64,000 bases of DNA. It comes from Lytechinus pictus (lineage: Eukaryota). Both the position numbers and the translations under genes were made by a program. The notes beneath the pieces are model-generated. The model was given only the letters and a program-made list of their open reading frames with translations, searched no databases and had not been told where the DNA came from. Location of the stretch: positions 25,608,001 to 25,672,000 of the forward strand of contig NC_087252.1 of assembly GCF_037042905.1 (NCBI RefSeq), read 5' to 3'. Numbering within the stretch: the stretch's first letter is position 1; every line of letters starts with the position of its first letter. Shown here in pieces: positions 1 through 10,769 of the stretch.

Positions 1-705
1 AGTTCTGTCATACTTCTGTGGTACATGAAAATTTCTAAATTTCCTGCAGTACCTTAATGGTACTCTGTTGTACCTGTGTGATACTTCTGTTGTACATGTC
101 AGTACAACAGAAATCCTGTGGTTTCACTCTGTGATAGTTCTGTCATACTTCTGTGGTACATGAAAATTTCTAAATTTCCTGCAGTACCTTAATGGTACTC
201 TGTTGTACCTGTGTGATACTTCTGTTGTACATAATAGCTTACGGAATTACGACAGAAATCCTGTGGTTTCACTCTGTGATAGTTCTGTCATACTTCTGTG
301 GTACATGAAAATGTCAAAATTTCCTGCAGTACTCCTATGGTATACCTGTGATAGTTCTGTGGTACATGAAAATTTAAAATTTCCTGCTGTACTTTCAAAT
401 TTTCCTGTGGTAATTCTATGGCAGCCCTGTGATACTTCTGTGATACATGAAAATTGTCAAATATCCTGCAGTACGTGATCTATGGTAGCTCTGTGATACT
501 TTTGCGATATAGGAACATTTTTAAAATTTCCTGTGGTACTTCTCTGGCAGCCCTGTTGTACCCCAGAAATTACAATATGACTGAAACTGCGTCACAGACG
601 TTCTGTAGTATCGCTCTGTGGTACTTCTGTGGTACATGAAGATTTTCCTTCAGTACTTGTACAGTATACCTGTTGTACCACAGAAAGTTTTATTTTCTTT
701 GAGGG
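1..705. repeat. Subterminal-type motif array (CTGTGGTAC/CTGTGATAC/CTGCAGTAC) with ~135-145-bp higher-order repeat
   Basis: AGTTCTGTCATACTTCTGTGGTACATGAAAAT recurs at 1, 136 and 281; the array ends in ...GTACCACAGAAAGTTTTATTTTCTTTGAGGG. Confidence 0.85.
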
Positions 706-1062
706 ATTTATCTTTTTTCAGTTTAAGGGAGAGGGGGGTCAGTGGCATTATGAGTCTACTTTAGGCCAAACAAATAGCTTGAAGGGCAACATTCATTTAA
801 AGACACAATTTTTTAATACAAAATACAATTTTTGTCAGCCATATTTTGACAGTATGTTTGAGAAATATATTTCACCCTGTCCTTTCCTTTTCTATCTTTT
901 CTATCTTTTCTCATTTCTTTTTTGTGAAACTTTGGGGGTCCATGGCTCAGTTAAAATGCCATCAACTATTTTTGTTTTTGTTTGGTAACCCAGTTTTTAT
1001 GACACCATACACTCAAAACATAACACACACACATTCTGTGATAAAGCTGTGTTGGATTACAA

Positions 1063-1588
1063 AGGGATGCTCCGGGCTGAAAATCGGACAAACAAAACAT
1101 TGAAAATTTGATCAAAATCGGACAATTAATAACAAAGTGATGGAACTTTAAAAATTCTGGTGAAACAATTCAAGGCATGTCTTCATGAATTTTCAGTGAG
1201 CAAATTGATGTCATATCCCCACTTGTGAAACTAGGTTTATTTGATTTTTTTTCTACCAAGAACAAAAAAAAAATGGACAGTTTATTTAGTGCATTGGATT
1301 GCTGTAACTTATTTCATAACAGAGGAGACACATTATTCACACATGTATGAAAAAAATTACTATGATTTCATGTCATAACATAGCAAAAAGGAAAGTGGGG
1401 ATGTGACATCAGCCCATCTAATGATTGTTCATAAAAACGTGCATGTAACAATAAAAAAATAATGCTTAACTTTAAAATCCAATAGCTTCATAATTTTTTA
1501 TCTGATTTTGATGAAATTTTCATCATGTTGCTCTGTGAATTTCACTCTGTTTATTAAGATATAAATATTTTCAGCCCGGAGTACCCCT
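1063..1588. mobile_element. Kolobok-like MITE (degenerate)
   Basis: TIR AGGGATGCTCCGGGCTGAAAAT / ATTTTCAGCCCGGAGTACCCCT with TTAA-like flanks. Confidence 0.6.
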
Positions 1589-1707
1589 TTACACCACGGC
1601 CCTGGGAATCACCCAAGAGATTCTTCAAGGAGTGCTTTCTATGTTATTTACTATAGGCAGCAGTCCCTGGAAATCAGGTTGACAAGCAAAAAAAAGGAAC
1701 AGTTTAA

Positions 1708-2291
1708 AGGAGAATGAAACCCTTGAAACCAGCTGAATCCATATCAAAGAGAAAAACCAAAGAAACATAGTGTTGAAAGTTTGAGGAAGATTGAATGAAT
1801 AATAAGAAAGTTATGAGCATTTGAATATTGAGATCACTAATGCCATGTAGATCCTCCCATTGGCAATGCGACCAAGATCTGTGATGTCACACACGTACAA
1901 CTCCCTCATTACTTTAGTACTTATTTCACTTATATTCTCACTTTTATAGAGTCTATCACAAGGTGAGGTGTTCTCTTTATGAGAGGACAAGTACAGAGGT
2001 TTCACAACATTATATCATTGATGAATCGTTTGTCATATGATTAGAATGAGCAAAAAGAGATGTTTTGGGGTATATTTTCAGTGTCCAAAAGGGGAGAGTT
2101 GTTCATCTGTGACATCATAGATCTTGGTCGCATTGCCAATGGGAGGATCTCCATAGCATTAGTGATCTTGACATTCAAATGCTCATAACTCTTCTATTGC
2201 TAGTCCTATTTTACTCAAACTTTTGTTGATCTTATTCTTTGATTTTTCTGCTTTCACAAAAGCTAACTTGCTCCAAGAGTTTCATTCTCCT
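1708..2291. mobile_element. Kolobok-like MITE
   Basis: TTAA|AGGAGAATGAAAC...GTTTCATTCTCCT|TTAA; internal inverted GATCCTCCCATTGGCAATGCGACCAAGATCT. Confidence 0.8.
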
Positions 2292-2329
2292 TTAAATGTT
2301 TCTCACCAAATCCCCATCATCATGGATTT

Positions 2330-2360
<31 letters not shown>

Positions 2361-4167
2361 GGTGTCATTTTTCCCTGAACAAAACCGACAGCACCTAAAT
2401 ATACTTAAAATTGTTCCCAGGGCCCTGCTTTAAACATATAACAACAAGCTTTAAAAGATGAAGCTAATTGAGGAAACAGCTGCCACAAATAACAAAACCG
2501 ATGGAGCACACATACATGTATGAGCACACATATAATCATGACCAGTAATGAGTAATAAAAACAAACATTTTCAAAGTATTTATCAGTTTAGAATGTGATC
2601 TTAATTTAATATCAAATGCACTCATTTGGCTTATCTGCTTTTAGTTATTTAAGATATTTTTTATATAACACATATGCTGTGAACATTATGTTATTAACAT
2701 ATTACAGGCAGGGGTGAAATACTTTATGATAAAATACAATAGATTAATATAAAAAGAATAAGACTGGGCATTTTCTTAACAAAAATTCATCTCATATGAG
2801 GATCCTGAACTTAGAGAAATGAAGATTAGATCTAATGTTGGAAAAATGAAATACTGGTACAAAAAAAAAATTGTGGTATAAACTTAACTTGGGTAATCCT
2901 CCCTAAATGTACACCCTTATTCTCATGCGACCCCAGAAATAAAAACAATTTGAATGTTACCAGTGAATGCTTACATATATATGTTATAAATGGGCACAGC
3001 GTCATTATGTAGCCTGCTCTGTTTCAGTTTCTCCTGCAATGTATTTGCCTAATAAAGCAGTGCACAATAAAATGAGTCATAAATGTATTATACTTTTCAG
3101 AGTTGGCTGGTATAGTACTGCCCTCAATTCCAAGCATTTGCCGCCCAATGAGAAACATTAAGCAAGACATGTATATATACTACATTGTGTGAGATCAGGA
3201 ATGAAAATTAGTCAACTTAAGGTCTGTTGCAGGAAGAACTGCAATAAAACACAAAGTTCTCAAAAAATCAAGCAACTTGATTAGGAAGTATGGGTATTAG
3301 GGGCTTGCGTTTGATTTTTTAGTTGCATATAAACACAATTCTTTCTGCAACAGGCTCCCGTTCAAGCAGGATTTACTGCAATGAAGAATGGATGTATAGA
3401 CATTGTTCAAATCAGAAGCCTACACTGGTCATGGCACACCTTTGTTTGCCCATACAGGATCCCTTCCACAACCCGAGTGATTTTGTACACTTAATTTTTT
3501 TTTGGGGGGGGGGGGTGGTGTTGAGAAAGAGGCCTTTTAGCCCCCCCCCCCCTCCAAGATCTCGGGCATGAATAGCACGATCTCAACAAAAATTTGCATG
3601 AAAGTAGAGAATGACATAATCGACATGGTCACATATTTTATATCATACTAATTAATCAGGCTAATTTATTCATGAAATCATAATTTCTGCTCTAATTCAA
3701 TAAATAATGCTAGAAAGCTAATTTTGGATGAAAATACTTAGAGCATTACTAACAGCTGTAAATGAAATATTGTGGTACCAAAATCAATATCTTACATGTA
3801 TGTATTTTGTTTTTTAATTTAATTCTTTTTATTTCTCCTTTTAGAAAAAAAATTGTCGGGTCTCAAAAGTTGCGCAAGACGAGAAAGTAAAATGTCATTG
3901 AGTGGCGCGATGACAAAATTTGGTTCAAAAATTCATGAGAAAGCTGAGGGGGCAGGGGTCTGTAAAGAGAATGAAAAATTCTCCAGATTTTAAGACAGGG
4001 CCTTGTATAAATTTATTCAACGGGAGTTGACTAGCAAATCAAAATACAAATAACTCTTCCAATAACAGGGTTTATTCTAAACTAATACTTGCTCTTCAAA
4101 ATCTCATACAGTATTAGCATAAATGCCATTTACCACATATGGACAAAGAAGGAAAGTGAATGGCTAT

Positions 4168-6666
4168 CTAATCTGACTCGTATGTATTGCACAATGGGGT
4201 TACAAACATTTTCTCAGCATTAAAAATTACAACACACTTTCGCTTAACACTGTTAAGGAGAGAGCACCTTGTTTCTAAGGATTCTCTTACCTCATGAATT
4301 AATCCTCTAGAGTTAATACCTATTTGAACATCTTGAAACACTGGAGCATTTTGTTTGACAAGGGGTGTATAAACAATCAGTATAGTTTTAAGACACTGGC
4401 ACATTTCATCTGGAAGACAAATGCAATCAAACTTGCACACCATTATATCCTTAATAATACCAAACAAGCCATCTTCAAATTCTACACCATAGTCAATTCT
4501 GCGAGATGAGCGTGTGTAAGATATGCAACAAAACATGCAGCGGCCAATCAAGATACGTTTATAAAACAATCCTCTCAAATTACGTATGTCATGACCCAGT
4601 AAGTTCCTGATAGCAGCAACAATACGTAAGGGAATTTGTTTATCAATAACACTCCCAAATAAAATGGCACTTCCAATTTTTACACAATGTTTAGGTAAAC
4701 TTGTGGACGTCCACAACCTATCAACATATTTTTTCACTGAGAGTGGGGCATGATTAAGCGCACGCATATACTTTGGTATACTTCTCCATAAAAGAAATGA
4801 TTGAGTAATTTGCTGAGGGACATACTGAGTGCCATGGAAGAATTTGAGAAGTTTACCATTGTTTGCTTCAAATGAGAAGGCAGACGCAGCCCATAGAGGT
4901 CCCCAATCTCTTACAGTATCAGGAAGATGTGTAAGCAGATGAACATTAAATGTTATGTGCTCCTTCCCATAGAGTGTTTCAACTCCAATGACAAACTTCT
5001 TTAAAGCTAATTCGGCTTGATCAATCATATCCCTTGATACATTTGACTGCAACAAAACATGGAGAGCAAACACTAATAAATACCAATGTTTCATGTATGG
5101 AACGGGCATTAATCCACTAAGAACAAAAGGTGAATAGTAAAGTAAAAAATACTTCCATTCTGAAGCTTTCCAATAGCTTCTTGTGTTAATGGAACGGGGG
5201 GCACGACTTAATTCCCTAGGTGGCTTGATACTTAGTAATTTGTTATCAAATTCTTGAACCCGATTCCCTAAATACCACGGCCTGTCATGGCTACTTGGGT
5301 CAAACCACAGGCGAACAAATTGTCTTGTAACCCCCAACAGAACGCAGTGCATGTAGTCTGCAACAAAGCCCGTTATGATATTAAAAAGGGGTAAAAACAG
5401 AAGCAGCGAGGGCCCTTTGACCCCGTTCACTGCATTGTCCGGTGTTGCTGTTGTAACATCTTCTTCCCATTGCTCTTGGGAGCGAGTTGGAGGCTCTGGA
5501 TCAATATAAGGGTAACATCTCATAGTTCCTCGTCCCTTCTCAACAACTTCACCTGGGTGGAGACACCAATCGCATCCAAACATTCCATTGAATTGTTTGC
5601 AGTTTCTCAATGCAGGCCTTGCAACGGAATCACACGCAGAAGTAAGGAGAAACACCTTGGAATGCACAGTGTTGGTAGAAACTGGATCTATCCAATCAAA
5701 TCCATCAGCCAACTGTTCCGATTCACTGACTAGAGGTGCAAGTAATGCGCTCATATCAGGCTTACTGAGGCCAAACCACAAACCACAAAATAAAACATGC
5801 TTGCGGCGCATATCAGCTGGTAACTCATTCACCACAATTTGAATAGGCCAAATGGAATAGTTAGATGATTTAAATACCGGAACACCATCACAATTCCACA
5901 ATAAGGTGAAATCATCAGGTCCAACCTTTCCTTCTGTAATTAATTTTTGCATAGCTGCACCATCAAATATGTCATCCAATGTATCTTTCCTCACCCTTTG
6001 TTTTATCAATCTAGAGCTTGCAATATCTCTGTTTGCAAACAGGTCTTCCAGTTGTGACTGTATGGGAATGTAGAGAATAAAACTACCATTCTTCATATTT
6101 TCAGATGCACTAAATTGTACTGCACATGCTTCGTTAGGACAAGCATTAAGATTTTCATCTTTACCTATGTATGTCATACAGGTTTTACAGTAATAATGCA
6201 CTTCTATAAGGTCTTTTGCCCTACAAAAACCTTTTGAAAATAGATACTTTGTGACTGGTGCTAATCCTGGTACAAACTGGTTCAACATTGTAAGGAGGTC
6301 TTGTAGGGCCTCACCTGTTAACTTGTGTCTTAAAACATATGTCAGAATCATAAGCAGAGCCTGGTCACTATCAATATTGCCTTCATTAAGTTCAACGTCT
6401 TCATCTGGATCTTCCCCTGGATCTTCACCTGCATCTCCTCCAAGGTTTCCAGGCGGACCATCATTGTATCCTGGTCCTTGATCTTCATCATGATTTCTCA
6501 GTGGATCATCTTCATCTGAATTACTTTCTTGATCTTCCCCAAGATTTCCATCTGAATCGCTTCCTAGATCTTCCCCAACATTTGCAGGCAGACCATCATC
6601 ATCTATATTGTCACAAGTACTGTCTTCGGAGAAATGTTCAAGATACTCATCCGCATCACCAGATTG
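4168..6666 (-). CDS. CACTA/EnSpm TnpD-like DDE transposase, exon 2 (832 aa + stop)
   Basis: Acceptor tttttcag|CAA at 6667/6666 lies 315 nt upstream of and in frame with the 727-aa ORF. Motifs: acidic linker, HYYCKTC..CPNEAC, NCDGVPVFKSS..SIWPI, CDSVARPAL..FNGMFGCDWC, DYMHCVLLGV, WKASEWK, YGKEHITFNVHLLTHL, WGPLWAASAFSFEANNG. No stops or frameshifts; AATAAA (minus) at 4076-4071. Confidence 0.95.
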   Translation of the reverse strand, partial: QSGDADEYLEHFSEDSTCDNIDDDGLPANVGEDLGSDSDGNLGEDQESNSDEDDPLRNHDEDQGPGYNDGPPGNLGGDAGEDPGEDPDEDVELNEGNIDSDQALLMILTYVLRHKLTGEALQDLLTMLNQFVPGLAPVTKYLFSKGFCRAKDLIEVHYYCKTCMTYIGKDENLNACPNEACAVQFSASENMKNGSFILYIPIQSQLEDLFANRDIASSRLIKQRVRKDTLDDIFDGAAMQKLITEGKVGPDDFTLLWNCDGVPVFKSSNYSIWPIQIVVNELPADMRRKHVLFCGLWFGLSKPDMSALLAPLVSESEQLADGFDWIDPVSTNTVHSKVFLLTSACDSVARPALRNCKQFNGMFGCDWCLHPGEVVEKGRGTMRCYPYIDPEPPTRSQEQWEEDVTTATPDNAVNGVKGPSLLLFLPLFNIITGFVADYMHCVLLGVTRQFVRLWFDPSSHDRPWYLGNRVQEFDNKLLSIKPPRELSRAPRSINTRSYWKASEWKYFLLYYSPFVLSGLMPVPYMKHWYLLVFALHVLLQSNVSRDMIDQAELALKKFVIGVETLYGKEHITFNVHLLTHLPDTVRDWGPLWAASAFSFEANNGKLLKFFHGTQYVPQQITQSFLLWRSIPKYMRALNHAPLSVKKYVDRLWTSTSLPKHCVKIGSAILFGSVIDKQIPLRIVAAIRNLLGHDIRNLRGLFYKRILIGRCMFCCISYTRSSRRIDYGVEFEDGLFGIIKDIMVCKFDCICLPDEMCQCLKTILIVYTPLVKQNAPVFQDVQIGINSRGLIHEVRESLETRCSLLNSVKRKCVVIFNAEKMFVTPLCNTYESD

Positions 6667-7315
6667 CTGAAAAATAAATTAAATCAATTTACATTCTACA
6701 ACAATGTTAAGCAATATTCCCCATATGCAATAATTGAACATGTAGGTCTACTCTACATGTTCTTGTATCTTTATAAGTAAACAAATTCTAAATTTGAAGA
6801 ACTTTGCTCTTACAGAAAGTACTCATCATAGTGAACAATATTCACTGTCTACAGCTTTTCAATTTGACTCTTGCTGTCACTATCGCTTACAATCCCAGCC
6901 ATGTGTTTTTAGTGTGAGAATTATACATCTGTTGATCAAATAAACATGCAGTTCAAGTAAATTTAAATAAAGCTGACCCGATATTTCTGTAACGTCCGTA
7001 ATATTTAGCATATTCTTAAAGAATAGTTGTGTTTCATTTGATGAGGAGAAAATTAGAATGCTTCAAATTTTGTATATTTAAATACAAAAGAAATAGAGAG
7101 TGGATGTCATCAGTCTCCTCATTTTATACACCGACCAGGATGTGCAAATAACTGTTTTGTGAAATTAGGCAAAACTTTGAACTATCATAACTTTTTTATT
7201 TTACACCCAATTCGATTAAATTTTCAGTGTTATGCTTGGATTTTTTTCTTCAAATAAATGTTTTGTTGGGGTGGAAGTATGTCAAACCAAGCTCAATTGT
7301 CACTACATGTATATG

Positions 7316-7560
7316 GAGCATTGTCGCCCATTGGATTAGTCTCCAGATTTTGAAATGTAGGGTCGTGGGTTCGAATCCCAGCCATGGAGTAATTCCCTTC
7401 AGCAAGAAAATGATCCACATTGTGCTGTACTCAATCAAGGTTAGGTAAATGGGGAACCCTGCAGGATTAATTCCTTGAATGCATAAGTGCCGTTAGCAGC
7501 TGGAGCTAAAGCCAGGGTGATATTGTAGAGCACCATTAGATAGCCAACTAGATAAATTGG
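7316..7560 (+). mobile_element. tRNA-derived SINE (degenerate)
   Basis: tRNA-like head with B box GGTTCGAATCCC, followed by CCCTTCAGCAAG...GGTAAATGGGGAACC body shared with the SINE at ~51712-52052. Confidence 0.7.
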
Positions 7561-9897
7561 CACATCATACACACTACATGTGTATACATTATCATGGATC
7601 CACAGGTAGATCTGGTAGTTACATAAATTGAACTTTGTGAAATCCTGAAATCTAATTCTAAGCTGAAAAGTGTCTGGACACACTGAAGATCGCCAACACA
7701 GATAAGCACATTTTGGACAGTGTATTATTATTGCGTTTAAAAATACCTGAAATTTGACTTTAATCCCATGCTTATTTTGCTAACTCCTCAGCAATAACAC
7801 AATTTCTTCCAGAATCCTTTGCCATGTATTTTTATACATGCAAAAATAAAACACTTTAGTGGTCATTTCATTGGCCTGGCATCTATCTTTAACTTTAACA
7901 GCGCAAATGATTAAGATCCTTGTTACTCCATTACATCTTACGATTTTTTCGCCTTATTTTTACAATCTTGTTCTAATGTATCGCTCTCTGAAATTGAACT
8001 GTGGAAGTAGTATGGTACAAATTTGTTTTCGTATGCAGTACATGTAATATGCACGTCCAGTAATAGAAGAATGCGTGACTACTTAGAGTCTACGTTAGAT
8101 TATCATATCTTGATTATGATAGTTATGATCATCATAACTATGAATAAAACATATGTACCATCAAATCCAAAGATTCAATCTGCAAGATATTGTGTAATTG
8201 CTGAGAAATTATATTAGAATTATATAAAAAAGAGGAGACAGAATTTGGAACTGAATATAGAGTCCTAGACTGCGTTCAGAAGCATCCATAGGTATCCATA
8301 GGTATTAAGTACGACAATACAAGGATTTGTCATTCAGGTCTTTCCTCAAGTACTTCTCAAGCAATACACGGACTTCCAGTCCCACATGTGTTTATCCGTG
8401 TTGGCAACCCTCAGCTCAGTGTGATTGTTTTTCCACCTTTAACTTAATTAAGTTAGTCTAGATCTATAATATTTCATAATTTCACAAAGACAAAGTTCAG
8501 TTTATTTAAATGTATCAGATCTTGACTAACTTCTACTTGGGTCAATCCATATCAAATCAACCAATATTGTAACCCAACCCCCTCCGATTTTCTTTAAACT
8601 CGCATCAAATGTGTCCCCAAATGTCTGACGGAAAATTCTGAAATATTTTGCCCCTAGGTCAAATAGTTGCTAAGTTTGTTACGGCCTCCCTTAGCAACCC
8701 ATGCGTGGTCAAATCATCAAGTTTAAATCAAATTAGCTATTTTTTATTGACGCTGGAGCAAAGTTTGATGAAGCAGTGTTCTAATTTTATGTAAATTTGA
8801 AGAACTTTATAGTCTTAACATGGGAAGTGTATTATGGAACGGATCTGACAAGCCATTATTGCGCACAAGGTCGCCGAAAATGGTGTTAAGGGCAAGTCCA
8901 AGAAACGGTCACCATAGAAGGCAAAATTTCATCTTTAATTTAAGAAGTTATCTTTGGTGGGGTAAGCCCAAATGTTGAATTTTAAAATTTCATTTAGAAA
9001 AATTTGATAATATGCATATTTATGCTAATTTGGGGCACCTAATTTGCATAATTGGTAAAATGGACGTTACGTATTGGACAATTATAAACTCATAGAAAAT
9101 GAAAACAAAACTTCTGAGATTTAGTCAAAGGTGGGACATGGACCCCCTAACATCTTATTACTTTTTGGGGAAAAAAGTTGTGTCATCTAATTAATTATGC
9201 AAATTAGGTCTTGTCCAAGGATGGAATGTCCCATAAGTAACATTTTGAGGATGTTTTTTTAAGTTATTTCTCATAATTCAATACTTGTATTGTTGCATCT
9301 CTGGGAAGTTCTAATTTATTAAGTATGAAAATATTACACCACAAAAAGTTTCAAAAATAATTTACTTTTTAATTAAAAGTTTATTAAAAAATTGTTACGT
9401 ATGGGACATGTTACGTATGGGACATTTACACACAGTGTCAATGGGGAGATTTGTGTACAAAGTAATGGAGAAAAACAAATTTCAAGAGTGCTCTAAAAAA
9501 AGTGATTATTTACCCTTTCTTTAGTTTTTACCGTCGGTGAATGGGGATTATAGTAAAATGTCAGAAATTGTTGAATAAATCCCCAGAAACGACAGTTATT
9601 CCTGTCTAACTCCAGAGTCCAGGGGAGCGGGACTTTCATCAACATTTCTGTCCAACAAGTTGTCAGGCCAGACAACTTTTTAAATATTTTTTAAAGATTT
9701 TTTTTTTCTTCTTCTTTTTGATTTTGATAGGCTGACAAGCACTGTTACTATGGTAACAGTCGGATAAAACAGGACATGTCGGATAAAACGTCCGACAAGT
9801 GCTTTCATGAAACGCTCCCCTGGGCCTGGCTCCGGCCCGGCCCCTTCGCTTCGCGAGCCGGAGCTCCCTGGTCTGGGTTAGGCTTTACCATGCTTAC

Positions 9898-10113
9898 CTC
9901 GTCCTCGGTCATGTCGGTACTACTAGTACTATCATGATCATGGTCATCCCTGCTCTGTCGTAGTTTCAGCCAGTTGTGCATGGTTTGCCTTGGAATTTTG
10001 GCATTGTCATCTCGCAGATATTGTTTGTATCTTCGCTTGCGACGCCGTTGGTTACATCCGTCATCATCATGATTAGCGTTGTCATCATCAATATTTTGCC
10101 GACGGTTCTCCAT
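9898..10113 (-). CDS. CACTA/EnSpm transposase exon 1 (72 aa; basic NLS-like and HTH-like segment)
   Basis: ATG at 10113 (MENRRQ...RRRKRRYKQYLRDDNAKIPRQTMHNW...DMTEDE); donor GAG|gtaagc at 9898/9897; phase 0 matches exon 2. Confidence 0.8.
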
Positions 10114-10546
10114 GATCACTTTTTGGTCAGTATGAAGCGGCCGGCCGAGCTGTGCGATGCGTCAACAATTTGATGCTCGCTCGATCTCGGCCGCGCCGGC
10201 CGCGCCGCGCCGGCCTCCGCATCTTAGCTGGGGGCCTTCGCTTCGCGCGCGCGGCATCAAATGTTCAAGCTCTTTCGTGTAAGTTTGTTGAAATTACCAT
10301 ATTTGTACTAGTAACTGACAATTTTGATCATTTATAAATTTATAAACTATTATATTTAATTTATTTATGTTTTGAAAAATTAATTCATTGCATATTTTTA
10401 TATTTTGAACATTTATTTTCAAACATTTTTTTAAACATATACCTGCTTGCACGCGTATTTGGCTGAGCGGCATTTCAAACTAAACAGCCGTTGTGTCAGG
10501 ATCCTACCACTACTCGAACGAAGTTTTTATTCTGAGTTAATCAACC
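10114..10546. promoter_or_regulatory. Putative bidirectional promoter between divergent transposase and BEN genes
   Basis: 433 bp between two divergent ATGs; CpG/GC-rich stretch ~10135-10258 (GGCCGCGCCGGCCGCGCCGCGCCGG, CGCGCGCGCGG) in AT-rich surroundings. Confidence 0.55.
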
Positions 10547-10769
10547 ATGTCCATGAACTTGAAGTACTGTTTGTTTGACTTTTTTGAAGAGGGGACGGTG
10601 GAGATCGGTCAAACTAACCTGATTTGTATGGAAGATGGTCAATGCGCTAGTTTTAACAATGATGATTGGGACTTTGACCGTGAGGCCTTGGTCAATTGGA
10701 CGAACAAGTCGAACTCGAAGAAGGGGAAAGTCACGAAACAGTGTGTTGCCCGCGTGGTCCATTTTTCTG
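10547..10769 (+). CDS. BEN gene exon 1 (N-terminal domain)
   Basis: MSMNLKYCLFDFFEEGTVEIG...DWDFDREALVNW...CVARVVHFS; donor G|gtgaga. Confidence 0.85.

Noticed and set aside
4324..6481. Plus-strand ORFs overlapping the transposase
   Set aside because: Antisense shadows of the real CDS.
7316..7395. tRNA gene (also 51980-52050 and 58020-58095)
   Set aside because: A/B boxes are present but stems do not pair into a cloverleaf, and SINE body or tail follows.
9425..9460. RSS-like heptamer CACAGTG (Transib/ProtoRAG)
   Set aside because: No nonamer at 12/23 spacing and no RAG/Transib coding sequence; better explained as the end of a small element.
9805..10119. Stand-alone 104-aa ORF
   Set aside because: A strong donor at 9897 splices in frame to the transposase; the remainder runs into intron and MITE sequence.
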